Shown here in pieces: positions 1 to 14,265 of a stretch of 64,000 nucleotides of DNA. Made by a program: the position numbers and the translations under genes. Below the pieces are notes generated by a model. That model was not told where the DNA came from. It saw nothing but the letters and a program-made list of their open reading frames with translations, and ran no database searches. The stretch spans positions 152,954,001 through 153,018,000 of the forward strand of contig OX597816.1 of NCBI GenBank assembly GCA_951406725.2, read 5' to 3'. The number at the start of each line of letters is the position of its first letter. Within the stretch, counting starts at the first letter, position 1. Source of the stretch: Octopus vulgaris. Taxonomy: Eukaryota.

Positions 1-97
1 CACACATATTTAGACAAACTGGTACACACATCCATGAATGCATACTATTATATCAGAAAAAGAAAGAAAAGAGGGAACACATGTGTATGAGTGTGTG

Positions 98-138
<41 letters not shown>

Positions 139-650
139 TCAAAACATTTCTTTTTGAAAACAATCAAGGAAAACGAATGAAGCAAGAAAATTAAAGAAAA
201 TATATAACAAATATATCCAAATATATTCTATGACGGTTACCTGGACATTTGGTTAAATCCACTTCTTGTTTTGACTATGGTATGTGATGTGACTGAATGA
301 GTAGTCTTCAGGTGACTAATACCATGTTCCTACGCTCCATGTGGATCTTGTCATACAGAGATCTAATTCTAGTTCCGCTCTAACTCACAAACACACATAC
401 ATACGCTCTCAAATACATAGATATATATTTATATATTGCTATTCATAGGTACGTATGCAAAAAAATACGTATGTATATATGTATAAATATATATATAAAC
501 ACAAATCTAGCACTAGTACAATTACTACTCCCACTAATGCCACTCCCAACAACAAACCAATCCAAAATATACATCAAACAGCGATAACAATAACGACAAA
601 AGGTGCCAACACAGACACTATACTAACATTATATATATATATCTGTGTTG

Positions 651-666
651 TATATATATAAATATG

Positions 667-736
<70 letters not shown>

Positions 737-791
737 ATGTATATATATATATATATATGTATGTATATACATATGTATGTATATTCATATG

Positions 792-835
<44 letters not shown>

Positions 836-920
836 CATATATATATATACATATATATATATATGTATGTGTGTGTATATATATATATATATATATCTGT
901 GTGTGTGTGTGTGTGTGTGT
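651..920. repeat. Compound (TA)n/(CA)n/(TG)n microsatellite block, representative of dozens in the window
   Basis: Direct inspection; source of the YI/HT/CV pseudo-ORFs. Confidence 0.95.
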
Positions 921-1058
921 GTCTGTATCTATGTATGTATATCCCCATATCCTCTGTATGTATATCTTGTAAATGTCTATGACTATGATACTGATAGGAT
1001 GCTGAAGCCGATGATGATTTTAATAATGATGATGATGACGACTTCGAAAAAGAAGAGG

Positions 1059-1096
1059 AACTACTACTACTAACAACAACAACAACAACGACGACG

Positions 1097-1150
<54 letters not shown>
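1059..1150. repeat. Compound trinucleotide microsatellite (CTA)n(CAA)n(CGA)n(TAA)n
   Basis: Direct inspection. Confidence 0.95.
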
Positions 1151-1208
1151 TGTTGACTGTCAAATAAAAGTCAATAAACTAGTTCTGAAATTTGTAAAAG
1201 AAAACATA

Positions 1209-1260
<52 letters not shown>

Positions 1261-1329
1261 GTACGTGTGTGTGTGTGTGTGTGTATGTGTGAGAGCGTAT
1301 GTGTATCATAATTATGTGTATGTAAGCAA

Positions 1330-1388
<59 letters not shown>

Positions 1389-2375
1389 AGTATGCGAATA
1401 GGTACATATTTGCATGTGTGTGTTTGTGTGTTACGTGCTTTTATAGACACGTGTTGGGGATGTGTAAAAAAAAAAACCTCAGCTCAACAAGTAAACGAGC
1501 AAATGACAGAAAAAAAAAAGGAAAGGAAAAAGAGAGAATGAATGAAAATAAGAATATGCAAATTTACATGAAGTAAGTAAGGTAACACCTGAAGTGATGT
1601 TGGCATAATAGAGACGAAGTTGGCGGTAAATGGAAGGGAGGGAGGAGAGAAAGAGTGAGAGAGAGAAGGCAAGAGAAGGGAAGAGAGTGAAGGGTGAGGA
1701 AAAGAGTGAGAATGTGTGTCAGTGGTGAGGGTGGAAAATAGGTGTAGAAATGTAGTGAAAAAGACAGAATGTGTGCACGTGGGTGGGGACTTGTTTGAAC
1801 AGAGATATGTGTTTGAGGTTGAGTGTATATGTATGTATGTATGTATGCATGTATGTATGTATGTATGTATGTATGTATGTATGTATGTATGTATGCATGC
1901 ACGTATGTATGCATGTATGTATTATGTATGTATGTATAAATGTATGTCTGTCTGTATGTATAAAATAGACAGTTTTGAAGGAAGCAAAGAAAGAGAAAGT
2001 AAATGAAAACGGTGAGAGAGAGAGGGAGAGGTAAGGTGAGGTGAAAGAAAGGGGCAAGGAGAGGGAGGGAGTGAAGTGATATGGGTGGAGGGAACACGGT
2101 GATGATGTGATGACGATAAATCTCTCCCACACGATTATATCATATTCCACCTGTTCAACAAGGCGTTGTTACTACACGAAAAAGTTCTGAGTTGACAATT
2201 ATCAAAAATATTCTTATTTCTAGTTTAAAGCTATCACTCATTACAGCTATCTTTGCGACATGTATGCGCGTGCGCGAATGCGAGTGCGCGCGGGTGGGTA
2301 ATATAATTGAAAAACGTGTCTGCATCAGTAGTAAACATGTATTTGTTATGCATGTGTGTGTAAAGTATGTGTTTG

Positions 2376-2421
<46 letters not shown>

Positions 2422-2939
2422 GTATGTATGTATGTATGTGTATGTATGTATGTGTATGTATGAATGTATGTATGTATCTGTGTACACGCATCTATGTATT
2501 TATGTACATATAGTGTATGTGTGTATATATATATATATATATATGTGTGTATATGTGTGTGCATGCGCGTGTTATATGCATGTGAATATATGTATGCATA
2601 TGTACGAGTGTGGTATGTACGAGTGTGCATATATATACATGTGTGTATGTATATATATATGTGTGTGCGTACGTATATATGTGTGTGTGTATACGTATAT
2701 GTATGAAGCGTGATATATGAATATCCTTTTTTTTACCTGATTGGAGTTTTAATATTTATTTTGATTGTGACAAAATCGTAAAGGAAAGCTTTTACATAGA
2801 AAAAGAAAGCTTTGTCTTTTTTATTTTATTCTCCATTATCCTTCGTACAATCATTTACCCTTTATATTTAGATAAATCTTGTAGGCTTTATATTGGACCA
2901 AATATTGCATTCATCTGTATCTTATCAATTATGGAGCAC

Positions 2940-3190
2940 CCTTCTTCCTATTGTAATCGTATTTCAGTCATATTTTGTTCTAGACATGTTGGTACGTGTC
3001 CTCGTAGCTCCAATAATAATGGTTATAGAGTTTAAGGTGTAATTTGGGTACTCGATTTGCAGGCTTTCATCAGTAGTCCACAGATATTTTGCTTCTCTTG
3101 TATTCTTCCGCCCACTTTGAAGTCGTGAGCAGAGATTCCAAAATAGCATATTTTCATTATGTGGTCCCAAGAAACATTGCCGAGTCTGTT
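2940..3190 (-). pseudogene. Degenerate C-terminal restriction-like endonuclease (REL) fragment of a Dong/R4-type non-LTR retrotransposon
   Basis: Minus ORF LQIEYPNYTLNSITIIIGA resembles LQLLYPDYKFRFMPTIIG at 8557-8805 and the PVVIGA motif of REL domains. Confidence 0.45.
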
Positions 3191-4038
3191 ACGTCTTAAT
3201 TTGGTTGCTGTTGAAAATGTTCGCGTTCCACTTAATCTTTTTTAACCGTTAGTTTCAGTAAAGTATCTATTCTACAGAGAGTATCTATTCTGTATATACT
3301 CTATTGGGAAAGGAATATCTACAGAATATTATATCACAGTTGGCATTGATGTAATGTCTTTAGTTTTGACTTTTCCTAGCTTACATTTCTTGTCAACAGA
3401 TGGTTTCTTTCATTTGTGGAAAAGACATTAAATGGAAACATTTTTCTATCGGGTTGCATGAAGCTACGCTTCAGAGTGAGCCGTTCGTTCTGATGGAAAT
3501 AAGAATCAAATCTTACTACAGTCCAAAATCGGACAGGATAGCTATAGATGGAATGTCTCTAAATTTAGGTGAGCACGACCAGGGAAACTTAGGACTAAAT
3601 GTGGATTATGACATAGAATTTATAGGTTCTGTATTCAGCTTCGTGATGACAACCGAGTAATCTCTAAAATTAACTAACATATTCTTATGTTTCAATGCAC
3701 TTATGTTTCAATGTATATAGTGCTGCCATCTTATGATAATCAATTCATGATGGATACAGGATATTTTTAGACCCGTGTTTTGCCAGGAAACTTAGACAGC
3801 TGCTACACTTTTTCAATAATAATTTAATTTTCATATATAACTTAAAACTCTATGTTATATTGAGTACTCAAATATTTACTATATAAAATATAAAGAAATT
3901 CAGGTGGTATGAGATGAATATATTTATTTCACCTGTAGATATCCATAAGAATACGATCGGTTCGAAGTCAACATCATGGAAAAATAATTTGTTTTAGTGT
4001 ATTTATAATTCCTTTTTTATATATCTGGCTGTCTAATT

Positions 4039-4110
<72 letters not shown>

Positions 4111-4606
4111 TATACATATTCATATATATACATATTTTTATAGCCTCCTTTCCATTATTTTACTTCTTAATAATTATAGTTACTTACCCCCTAGTTAAAT
4201 ATATTGTACTGCTTATATAGTCAGCTTGAGCACCTAAGATATATTGACTTTTAAAACTTTAACCCTATTTTCGATACTAACAATAATTATAAATTGTCTA
4301 GGAGTGCACATTTTATTTTTATATATTTAACTGTCTTATACTATTACTTATATATTTTCGAACACTATCTAGATTAATGGATCTCATTAATATTTCTATT
4401 TGATAGTATTCCCTATATTTTGTTTGCCTTATATGTCCTCCCATTTACCATGCTAAACTCTATTGCCCCTCCTCTGTCTTCCTCTGTTTTATCCTACTTT
4501 TTACTTTCATTTTATATCTCATTTTGTTCATATTAATCCCTATGTTTCGTAAATACAATATCTAAATACAAACTTCCCTCTCATTTCATTTCTGTCCTCT
4601 CTCTAT

Positions 4607-5295
4607 CAATGGCGGCTCATGTATAGGCACTGCGGAACTGCAGCACTCCCTATTTCCACTCGATATTATCAATGACATTCAATATATTGAGTCCTTTTTT
4701 CTTTAATTCTTTCTTTATACTTGTACATTCTATAATCCTTAAGCTTAATGTCAGTAGCCATCTCCTAGTTTATGAAAAAAATACAAAAATCTTTGTATAG
4801 AACTGTGCGTTTCACAGTTCCAGCGACGTGGTTTTTGGTTGTTGTGCGTATACTCACAGGTCCGCTGCATGCTAGGGAGAAAGACCACTGTTGTTCCCGC
4901 AGTGGCGACCCTGGTCTGCTGGTGAAAGGTATTGTTTCTTTTTGACTCCATGTGTGTTGTACTTAAAAACGTATTTATATTCTTGAATGCGATAAAGTGT
5001 AGAAGTAGATTATTATCTGGCTTTCAGCAACAGTGTTGCAGCCAGGATTTGAAAAGTAGGGCAGATTTTCCCACCTTATTTTGTAATATAAGGGGGATTT
5101 TTGAAAAGCAAGGGGGAATTCGCGGCGAATTAACAATTAAACACACTACCCGGCAGTAGCTAAAACGGGAACTGATCACGTTTATGTATAATTTTTTCTT
5201 TTTATATGTTTATATCCTTTTACACAATACTAAAACAACGGCTAAAAATTTTCTGAAGCAGCACCCCAACTAATTTGATCTGCGAGCCGCCACGG
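4607..5295. mobile_element. Non-autonomous hAT-type DNA transposon (MITE)
   Basis: TIRs CAATGGCGGCTC / GAGCCGCCACGG flanked by a perfect 8-bp TSD CTCTCTAT (4599-4606, 5296-5303). Confidence 0.75.
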
Positions 5296-5335
5296 CTCTC
5301 TATTATAAATGCTTTTAGGTTATCAACAGTAAACT

Positions 5336-5341
<6 letters not shown>

Positions 5342-5425
<84 letters not shown>

Positions 5426-5437
5426 ATCTCTCTCTCA
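5342..5437. repeat. (CT)n microsatellite
   Basis: Direct inspection. Confidence 0.95.
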
Positions 5438-6076
5438 TAATACATACAATCTTCTCTTCCACAACCACAACACACTGTTTACTTTTTAATATCTTACTAA
5501 ATTTCTCTTCTGTAGAAAACTGCATTATTAATTACTGTCTTCCGTATGTTATTATTTGGAGATGCCATTTTGCTTTTTTAAGTGTACATTGGGTCGGAGA
5601 ATGTATGCAACCACGATATTCTATGATCTGAAGAGCTAACCTTCTTTACCTGTATTGTCTTGTAAATTGGAAAAATAGGATTATATGATTTATAACATGT
5701 ACATTAAAACAGGGATGTAAAGTAATTTATTATACACTAAAATTATTTTTCCATAATTTGACTAGGAAACGATCGTGATCTTATAGATATCAACAGGTGA
5801 AATAAATATATTCATCTCATACGTTCTAACTTCCTTTATATTTCATATGTTTCTAATGAAATAATCGTTTCAAACTGGATATACTAGATTTCAACTGCCT
5901 AGGATTATACATTACACTCCTCTGTATTGGTTTACTGTATGGTTTGTAGTCTGGTCCAAGCAGGAGACTTTGTGGATACGACCGGATTATTTAAATCCAC
6001 ATATTGTGCATTAAATTTATGTGTGTGCGTGTGCGTGCGTATGCGTGTGTGTGTATCCATGAATGTATATATATAT

Positions 6077-6480
<404 letters not shown>

Positions 6481-6534
6481 ATATCTGTGTGTGTGTGTGT
6501 GTATACAAAGAGATAGACAGACAGACAGACAGAC

Positions 6535-6565
<31 letters not shown>

Positions 6566-6567
<2 letters not shown>

Positions 6568-6784
6568 TGTTTCTTTATTAGCCACACAGGGCTGCACACA
6601 GATAGAACAAATTACAAGGTAGAGCTTTTCTTTTGGGGGTAAAAAAAGGAGAGTGGTGGTTTTCGATCAAAAGGGATCGTAAAAGGAAAGAAAAAGGGGG
6701 GGGACCCGTGGAACTTTGGTTGTGTTGAAGTCACTTAAGGTCGACCCAGGACGGCAGAGTTGCTTGAGAGCAAAGCGACACTCG

Positions 6785-6786
<2 letters not shown>
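6566..6786 (-). mobile_element. Short 5'-truncated retroelement 3' end inserted in a (GATA)n tract
   Basis: Unique ~220 bp flanked on both sides by (GATA)n; minus strand ends in AATAAAGAAAC. Confidence 0.5.
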
Positions 6787-6835
<49 letters not shown>

Positions 6836-6836
6836 G

Positions 6837-6918
<82 letters not shown>

Positions 6919-7188
6919 CAGACATATGCATATGTGTATGTATGTATATATATTCATACACAGAAAATTTATAATATTCATGCCTTATTTTATTTCTTAC
7001 TGTAATTCATTTCAATCATCATATGTACGTATGACTGTTTATGTTTGTGTGTATATATATATATATATACACACACACATAAACATACATGCTTACATGT
7101 ATATGTGTTGTGTATGTATCTGTGTGTGTCTCCCTATCTATCTAGCTCGGTAGCTAGGTAACTAGCTTGCTAGCTATATACGTGTATA

Positions 7189-7354
<166 letters not shown>

Positions 7355-7929
7355 ATACATGAATAGTTGTTTAGTTGTTTGTATATATGTATGTATGTAT
7401 GTATGTATGCATGCATGTATGTATGTATGTATGTATGTATGTATGTATGTATGTATGTATGTATGTATGTATGTATGTATGTATGTATGAATGTATATAA
7501 GTATGTATGTACGTATGTACGTATGTATGTACGTACCTGTTTGTGTATGTGTGTGGGCTTAGGAGTGTTCGTAGTATGTATACAAATTTTCAATACAGCT
7601 GGGGCCATAGCAGACGTGATCGGGCGAAGAGGGTGGTGTTAGTGCTTCCTTAAGTTTGATTGAACATTTGGGTGTGGAGTTAACCGAAACCGCGGACTGT
7701 CCAAATACATATTATACTGTATTATACTGTATCGCATTCAACGCTGCATTGTTTTCAGTTGAATAGCGTTGGCAGTAATTAGCTTATCGATAAAATCATT
7801 AGCTGTGATATGTTCTGATCGATTCATTGATCGATTCAATTATTCCAAGTAAAAGATACTGTTTCACCTTGGGAAAAGATTGAATATACAACTACACGCG
7901 CATGCATACACACACACACACAATATATA

Positions 7930-7990
<61 letters not shown>

Positions 7991-8006
7991 CATATAAATG
8001 TGTGGG

Positions 8007-8042
<36 letters not shown>

Positions 8043-8529
8043 TATCTATATATATTTCTGCCTCTGTGTGTGTGAGAGAGAGGGGAAGAGAGTGTGAGGC
8101 GGGGGTTGGACGAACAAAGAAGAGAAAGAAAAATCAATCCCTAAATATATGTGCGTTTTTTAATTGTCAATTGGCGAAAGTTACAAAAGTGCCGCAAGGG
8201 CTGGGAGTTTCCACCATGGCACTTATCACACTGATTTATCAGTTTGATAAGTACCATACACGAAACTCTCTACTCTTGAGACACCTTTGTGATTTTTCGG
8301 CTGATCAAAAGTAATAAAGATTATATGCATATGCTTGCATGTATGTATGTATGTATGTATGTATGTATGTATGTATGTATGTATGTATGTATGTATGTAT
8401 ATGCGCGGATTTATATGTTTTGTTTTATCTATGTATTCTCATGCATATAGTTGCATATCTAGACATACTCATATATACTTAAATGATAAACTTCTGGTAA
8501 GTTTTACAGATTTTTAGAGTGTCAGCGAT

Positions 8530-8830
8530 GGATTGAATCTGTATTCTTCGAATTAGCTATCTCCTTTCTGATTTTGAGACGCCTAATTTCTCAAGACAGG
8601 TATTTAGGTAGTGTGTTACATATCCCAGTACCCCAATAATTGTAGGCATAAATCTGAACTTGTAATCTGGATAGAGTAACTGCAAATTTCTCAATAGTTC
8701 AGCGTAAGTATTTTCTTTTTCGCCGATCTTCAGCCTTATGTTAACATTCGCTGGGCAGCTGATTTCCACAACTGTTCGCAGTTTCTCTTCTCTATCCCAA
8801 ATCATTATATCAGGTCTTTGTTTTTATATA
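8530..8830 (-). pseudogene. REL endonuclease fragment of a Dong/R4-type non-LTR retrotransposon
   Basis: RPDIMIWDREEK...VVEISCP...KENTY...PTIIG: PD-(D/E)xK REL architecture. Confidence 0.75.
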
Positions 8831-9207
8831 TTATACTGAGGTTTTCGCTGGGACATTCCATGAGTATTCCTTTTCATTATGAGTGGCTGTGGCTTCCAAC
8901 TCCAAGAGCAATGAGTTTTGTAGTTAGGATTTTTTCTATAACTATAGCTAGAAAGAATTTGTTTACTTGTTGAGCTGTTGTTTTCGTTCTGTTCCTTGAT
9001 TATGCTATTGTTGATGTTGTGTCCAATCATGTTGTTTGTAGTAACTCTCTGCATGCTTTAAGAATTATTTCGTGATGTGCAAATGGATACCATGAGTTTA
9101 CTTTCAGATATACTCATTAGGTTATTTTTTTTGGTATTATCTGAAATAGAATACCTGCATATCTATTAATCCCAAAAAACTGAATTATTATTCACTTTTA
9201 TTAGATA

Positions 9208-9591
9208 CTAGCAGTATCGCCCGGCGTTGCTCAGGTTTGTAAGGGAAATAACTATAAAGCATTTTTAGAGAGTTATAGCCAAAAAATAGCAAAAAAATGG
9301 AAAAAAAATGATGGTAAATTTTTTTTGAGAGTTAAAAAAGGTGGAGTTGCGTCCCCTAGACGGTCTGTGGTTTGGGTTTCTGATTCTCGACCCCATGTCG
9401 AATTTATCGATTTTTTTCAGAACTGGGGGAACTTTTCAAAATTTTCGCTGCGTTAGTTTTGAATTATGACATTGGGCTATGTGTGTGTCAAGTTTCATCA
9501 GAATCGGTTGAAAGCCGTGGTCAGAGTGAGGGTACGAGAAAACAGACACACAGAAAACGCACAGACAAACTGCCGTTTATATAGAGAGAGA
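9208..9591 (-). mobile_element. Non-autonomous Helitron
   Basis: Minus strand starts A|TCTCTC..., ends with a GC-rich hairpin (gagcaacgccgggcg) and CTAG|T; no TSD; same 3' end as 33202. Confidence 0.75.
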
Positions 9592-9876
9592 TTTTGTATA
9601 TTTCTAGATAAACATATAAATATGTGATAAATAAGACCCCAAGGTACGATATGCAGATGCATGTAATGCTGAAGGGTTGTACGTGATTGATTTGGAAATT
9701 CGTTTTCCCAAATTATTTAAATTAACTATGTACACTTGCGTCGGAAATTAATTAGCACTTCTCAAATTTCTACATTTTCTTACATTTTCTTAATTTAATT
9801 AACTTATTATCAGAAACGAACTCGTTTTTAATCAAAAATTTATTAAAACATATCCCAGCACACCACATAATTGTTA

Positions 9877-10880
9877 TTAATCGTGAAATTTAGTCAATAT
9901 CTTGTTGCTCCTCCTTTGGCAGCAATGACAGCCGCTACGCGGGTCGGCATGCTGTCTATGAGTACCTGCAGGGATGGCCCTCCATGCAGCAAGAAGTGCC
10001 CCAAACAGCTCGTGTCGGTTCCTGTATTGCTGCACATTCAAATCCCTACCCAATCGACTCCAGAGGTTCTCAATAGGGTTCAGGTCAGGTGACTGGCCAG
10101 GCCAGTCCATGACCGTCACCCCATGGTCCTTGAAGAAACCAGTTGTGAGCTTGGCTGTGTGGGAAGGCGCGTTGTCCTGCTGGAGCACGTACTCCTCGCC
10201 ACCAAAGAGGTATCCCGTACTATCTCAACGTACTTTGCTGCGTTGATGTTGCCTTCGACGGCATAGAGCCGCCCAACACCACTGTAGCTGAACGCTCCTC
10301 ACACCATCAGACCACCCCCACCATGCTTCATGGTGGGAGCAATGCAGTCTTTGTTGAAGCGCTCACCCTTGTGGCGTCGCACATGGACAGGCTTGTCACT
10401 GACGAGACTGAATCGCGACTCGTCAGTGAACATCACTGTCCGCCACTGCTGCACGGTCCATGTCTTGTGGGCACGGGCCCAGAGCAGCCGCCTCTTCCGG
10501 TTTTGGGCTGTAAGGAGCAGCTTACGGGCGGCCCTACAGGATTTTAGACCAGCTTCCAGTAATCTGGTCTTGACGGTGGTTGTAGACAACTGCTTCCCTG
10601 TCATCTTTTGCATCTCCTCCGCCAGTTGCCGGCTCGTTGCCCTTCGGTTGTACAGTGACTTTCGGATCAGCATCCGGTCCTCCCGCTGGGGCGTCAGCCT
10701 CTTCCATCCCCTACCCTATTTGTCAGCTGCTGATCCGGTTTCCTCGTATTTCTTAAATAAGCACTGAATTGTGCGCCTGGCTACACCAAGTTTTCTGGCT
10801 ATTGCAGCCTCCGACAGCTTCCCACGCCACGAGAGAGCCTCGTACCGTCTCTCCAAGGTCATGCGAGATCTTGGGCCCAT
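9877..10880 (-). pseudogene. Tc1 transposase pseudogene (DD34E)
   Basis: MGPRSRMTLERRYEAL...IARKLGVARRTIQ (HTH), FTDESRF, QQDNAPSH-34 aa-SPDLNPIENLW; in-frame stops near 10716 and 10299 plus frameshifts. Confidence 0.93.
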
Positions 10881-11038
10881 CTAGGAATGAACGATAAAAA
10901 CCAGTTATTTTCATTAAAACGATTCATTTGAATAATGTTATGCTATAACAAAACTGCTATGAGTTATTATTCATTAAACAAAAAGAAAGAAAGCAGAATT
11001 TCTCACCTTATTTGATGTATAACAGAAAGTTTTGTGAA

Positions 11039-11053
11039 CCGGAAGTGACGTCA
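11039..11053 (+). promoter_or_regulatory. Overlapping ETS-CRE motif CCGGAAGTGACGTCA upstream of the transposase
   Basis: Exact ETS (CCGGAAGTG) plus CRE (TGACGTCA) composite in the Tc1 5' region; function not shown. Confidence 0.5.
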
Positions 11054-13515
11054 CGAAGCAGAGTGTAGGAGAATTTGTGAGGAAAAAATCTTGCAAATAC
11101 ACAAATCAATTAACCTACGAGCTGTTCAAAACGTCTTACGCGATGAGAAAACTTAGTACGGTGTGATTTCGGTCCTTGCGAGGCGCTACCTATATCTATT
11201 AAACAAAGGAAGATTTGTTTGTATCCGCACTCCAAGTTGTTGTTGCACTGCTATGTCAACATCATTAGGCTGTAGACTCTCAAACCGCTCTGCAAACAAA
11301 GTTACATCATCGTTCTGCGCAACAGTGAACTCGCAACAAAGCAATAGTTCGAGATATGGCCACTAGGTGACAGCAAATACCTTGAGTGAAGAGCAAATCA
11401 AGGGTGCTAATTAATTTCTGACGGTAGTGTATATATATGTGTGTGTGTGCGTGTGCGTGTGTGTGTGTGTGTGTATGTGTGTGTGTGTGTGTGCGTGCGT
11501 GTGTGCGTGCGCGCGTGTGTGTGTGTGTGTGTGATACCCGATATTTATCACCAATAGTTCGTATTGTTTATTTGTGTCCGATGAAATACATGTAAATTTA
11601 TTCCTCAGAAATGAACGGAGACTTGACTCAAACTACGTGGCTTCGGGTTCATTCTGAAGATACGATTTTTAAAAATATGTTTTGCCATAGCCTCGAATCA
11701 CCCAAATTCCTTTGAATGAATTTTGGTAGACGGAAACTGCGGAGAAGCTCATCGAAGGAAGGGTTTCTATTCTTGGATAACAGACTGATTCGTCGTCCGA
11801 TATAACATCATCTTGCCCTTAGGTGCCTTTAGAATTACTCATACTGTTGCACCCTGTTGCAATCTATTGCAAGTATTTTGGCGTGACTCTCGGGTTTCTG
11901 TCCACCTACATTCTTTCTTCATTTTTTGCAGACATTGATTTTGAAGCTGGGCATCATTCACTTCATAATTACAAGTACAGTAATACCCAAAGGTAATGAC
12001 ACCCATTTTTTTCTCATCAGAAAAAATTATAAATAATTAGATAAACGATTGGGCACTAGATCATTTTGACTTTGAATAAATTCGGAATTTAGAAGATTCA
12101 GATACACACATTTTTCGAACCGTTACAGTATCACTTTTAGTAAATGAAATTCTAAGATAAAAATTCTAAGATACGTAGATAAAAAAAAAAAAGAAATATG
12201 AAACACGTATATTCTGTACAACTTCTTTTTTAGTTTTTGGTTTAAATTTCAAACTTCCAATCCTGCCTTAACATAACATTGGAGGCATTGTCTCCCCTGT
12301 GATAGCAGACCACTAAGGGTACACCGTGTGTCTTTCCATTTAGTTAACCACCTTACATTTTGATCTAAACAAGAGTGAGTAAACGAGAGAAAAATATTTA
12401 TGTAGGAGTCATCAAGAGAAGCAGTGCCCCCCTACGCATTTGCTCTATTGTTCTAAATTCATTCTGTGTTGTTCTCCTTCTAAAGTACTAAATCAAACTT
12501 AGAATGAGTTTTCTTGAACTAAGTCTATCTATATCGAGTAAAGAGAATATTTTCAACAATAACTTTTAAGGAACAAATTCAGCTAAAAGAAAAAAGTAAT
12601 AAAAAATAGGTGTGTTACAAAAAGTAGCATGGGGAAAGTCAGTGCAGTATCTTTCCTGTTTTTTTTACTTCTATTGAACAGGTTACACCTTTTTATAATG
12701 ATTTCTCTTCGTGATGAATAACAAGTATTGTGCTGAAGAAAAGAAAGTTGAACTGTATCACTTTTTATATTATACTTACATAAAGAAAAACGAAGTCGCA
12801 GAGGTCACAGAGTCTCGCTTTCCCTAATCGTGGGAGTAAGGTCAATTTATGGGTAGGACTGAGGTTAAGTTGTGTTGGTGTGAGGTCAGGTTGTCTGGAG
12901 TACACGACATTCCCTTCAACAAATTGGTTAATATAGATATTGATTTAGTTTTTGTAAAAGCATTGTTCGGTTATCTCAAAAATAAATAATATATCTCATG
13001 CCATTATATATAATTTTTTTATATTGATATATGAGTAGCTGAGTAAGGCGAAACAAAATATTTAGCTGATGACAAAAACAATAAATAACGACACCTATAG
13101 CATGATCACATTAAATGACGTCATTATTTAAGAGATATAGTAATGAGGAAATGAACTCTTTTATAGCTTCTCATCCGGTAGAGTTTCAGCTAGACATTCA
13201 CACAAATACTTACTTTTCAAGTGTAGATTCTAAAGCTTGTTTGTTTTGTTTTATTTTCTTGTTTCCTGGTCCCGAGTCTGCCCTGACTGAAGAGATCTAT
13301 AATCAAAGGCTTTCCAGTGGTGATCACCCGTTCCCGTATTCTTTTCAGGTATGATGCATCTAGTTTAGGCTAATCGATCGACAGAATCGTTAGAATATCA
13401 GACAAATACTTTGCGGTAGTTGTTTCGGCTGTTTGCCTGTTATTCTTCTAAGATCGATAATGCACAAATCAAGTTCTGGGACAAGTCTTCTTTCACTCTC
13501 TCTTTGTCTGTCTAC

Positions 13516-13518
<3 letters not shown>

Positions 13519-13570
<52 letters not shown>
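13519..13570. repeat. (CT)n microsatellite
   Basis: Direct inspection. Confidence 0.95.
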
Positions 13571-13574
<4 letters not shown>

Positions 13575-14072
13575 CCTCCCCCTTTTCTTTCTCTCTCTTT
13601 GAATCACACACCGCTGTGAGAAAGTCGTTTGGTGCCACTAACTGCATCTCTTCCTTCCAGAAATGGAGTAGGTTTCAGCTGAAGGCTAGCATTCACCTAG
13701 CACACTACAAAAACTATACAGAGGAACTAAGGAACATGGCATGCGTGGCTGGGCAATGTACTGTGGTAGGAACCCCACGAAATCTCTTGGCAAATTAGAT
13801 AAATGCCAATCAAAGAAAACGAATAATTCCGTTAATTTAATTGAAAAAATCATAAGAAACTATTATGTCTAATTGTACTTAAAATAAAGCAATTAATTTT
13901 ATTTTGCACTATTCCTTTTATTAATGTTCATCCGTGAGAGTATGTGCATGTATGGGTAACTGACATGAAGTGAGTGCGTGTATATAGCCTGTGCGTGTGC
14001 ATTGTGTACCTCTTTATAGTGTCCGTGTTCTGTTGGCAGTAATAGAGAGTGTTACAAATAGATAATACTGAT

Positions 14073-14265
14073 TTCAAATTTTGGCACAAGCAGCTTTGGG
14101 GGAGGAGATAAGACGATAACATCAACACCGGTATTCAACTATTACTTATTTTATCGACCCCTGAAGTCTACCTGGACGGAATTTGAACTCACAACATGAA
14201 GACAGACGAAATGCCGCTGAGCATTTTGCCTGACGTCGCTAACGATTCTGCCAACTTGCCGCCTT
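14073..14265 (-). mobile_element. tRNA-derived SINE, family A (Meta/MESC-like core)
   Basis: Homologous to 43658 and 52376; 18-bp TSD caaatagataata(c/t)tgat at 14055-14072 and 14266-14283. Confidence 0.75.

Larger units (their letters stand above)
3881..5848. repeat. Diverged ~130 bp inverted repeat pair (3881-4013 / 5717-5848)
   Basis: gtatgagatgaatatatttatttcacctgtagatatccataag on the left is nearly the reverse complement of cttatagatatcaacaggtgaaataaatatattcatctcatac on the right; similarity extends both ways. Confidence 0.7.
9733..11429 (-). mobile_element. Full-length Tc1 (DD34E) DNA transposon, ~1.7 kb
   Basis: 26-bp TIRs CACTTGCGTCGGAAATTAATTAGCAC / CACTACCGTCAGAAATTAATTAGCAC (3 mismatches); TA at 9731-9732 and 11430-11431. 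Confidence 0.93.

Noticed and set aside
455-2713. Numerous YI/HT/CV/MYVC-rich ORFs here and throughout the window
   Set aside because: Stop-free translations of di- and tetranucleotide microsatellites; no coding signal
9871-10767. Plus-strand ORFs over the Tc1 element
   Set aside because: Antisense shadows of the transposase
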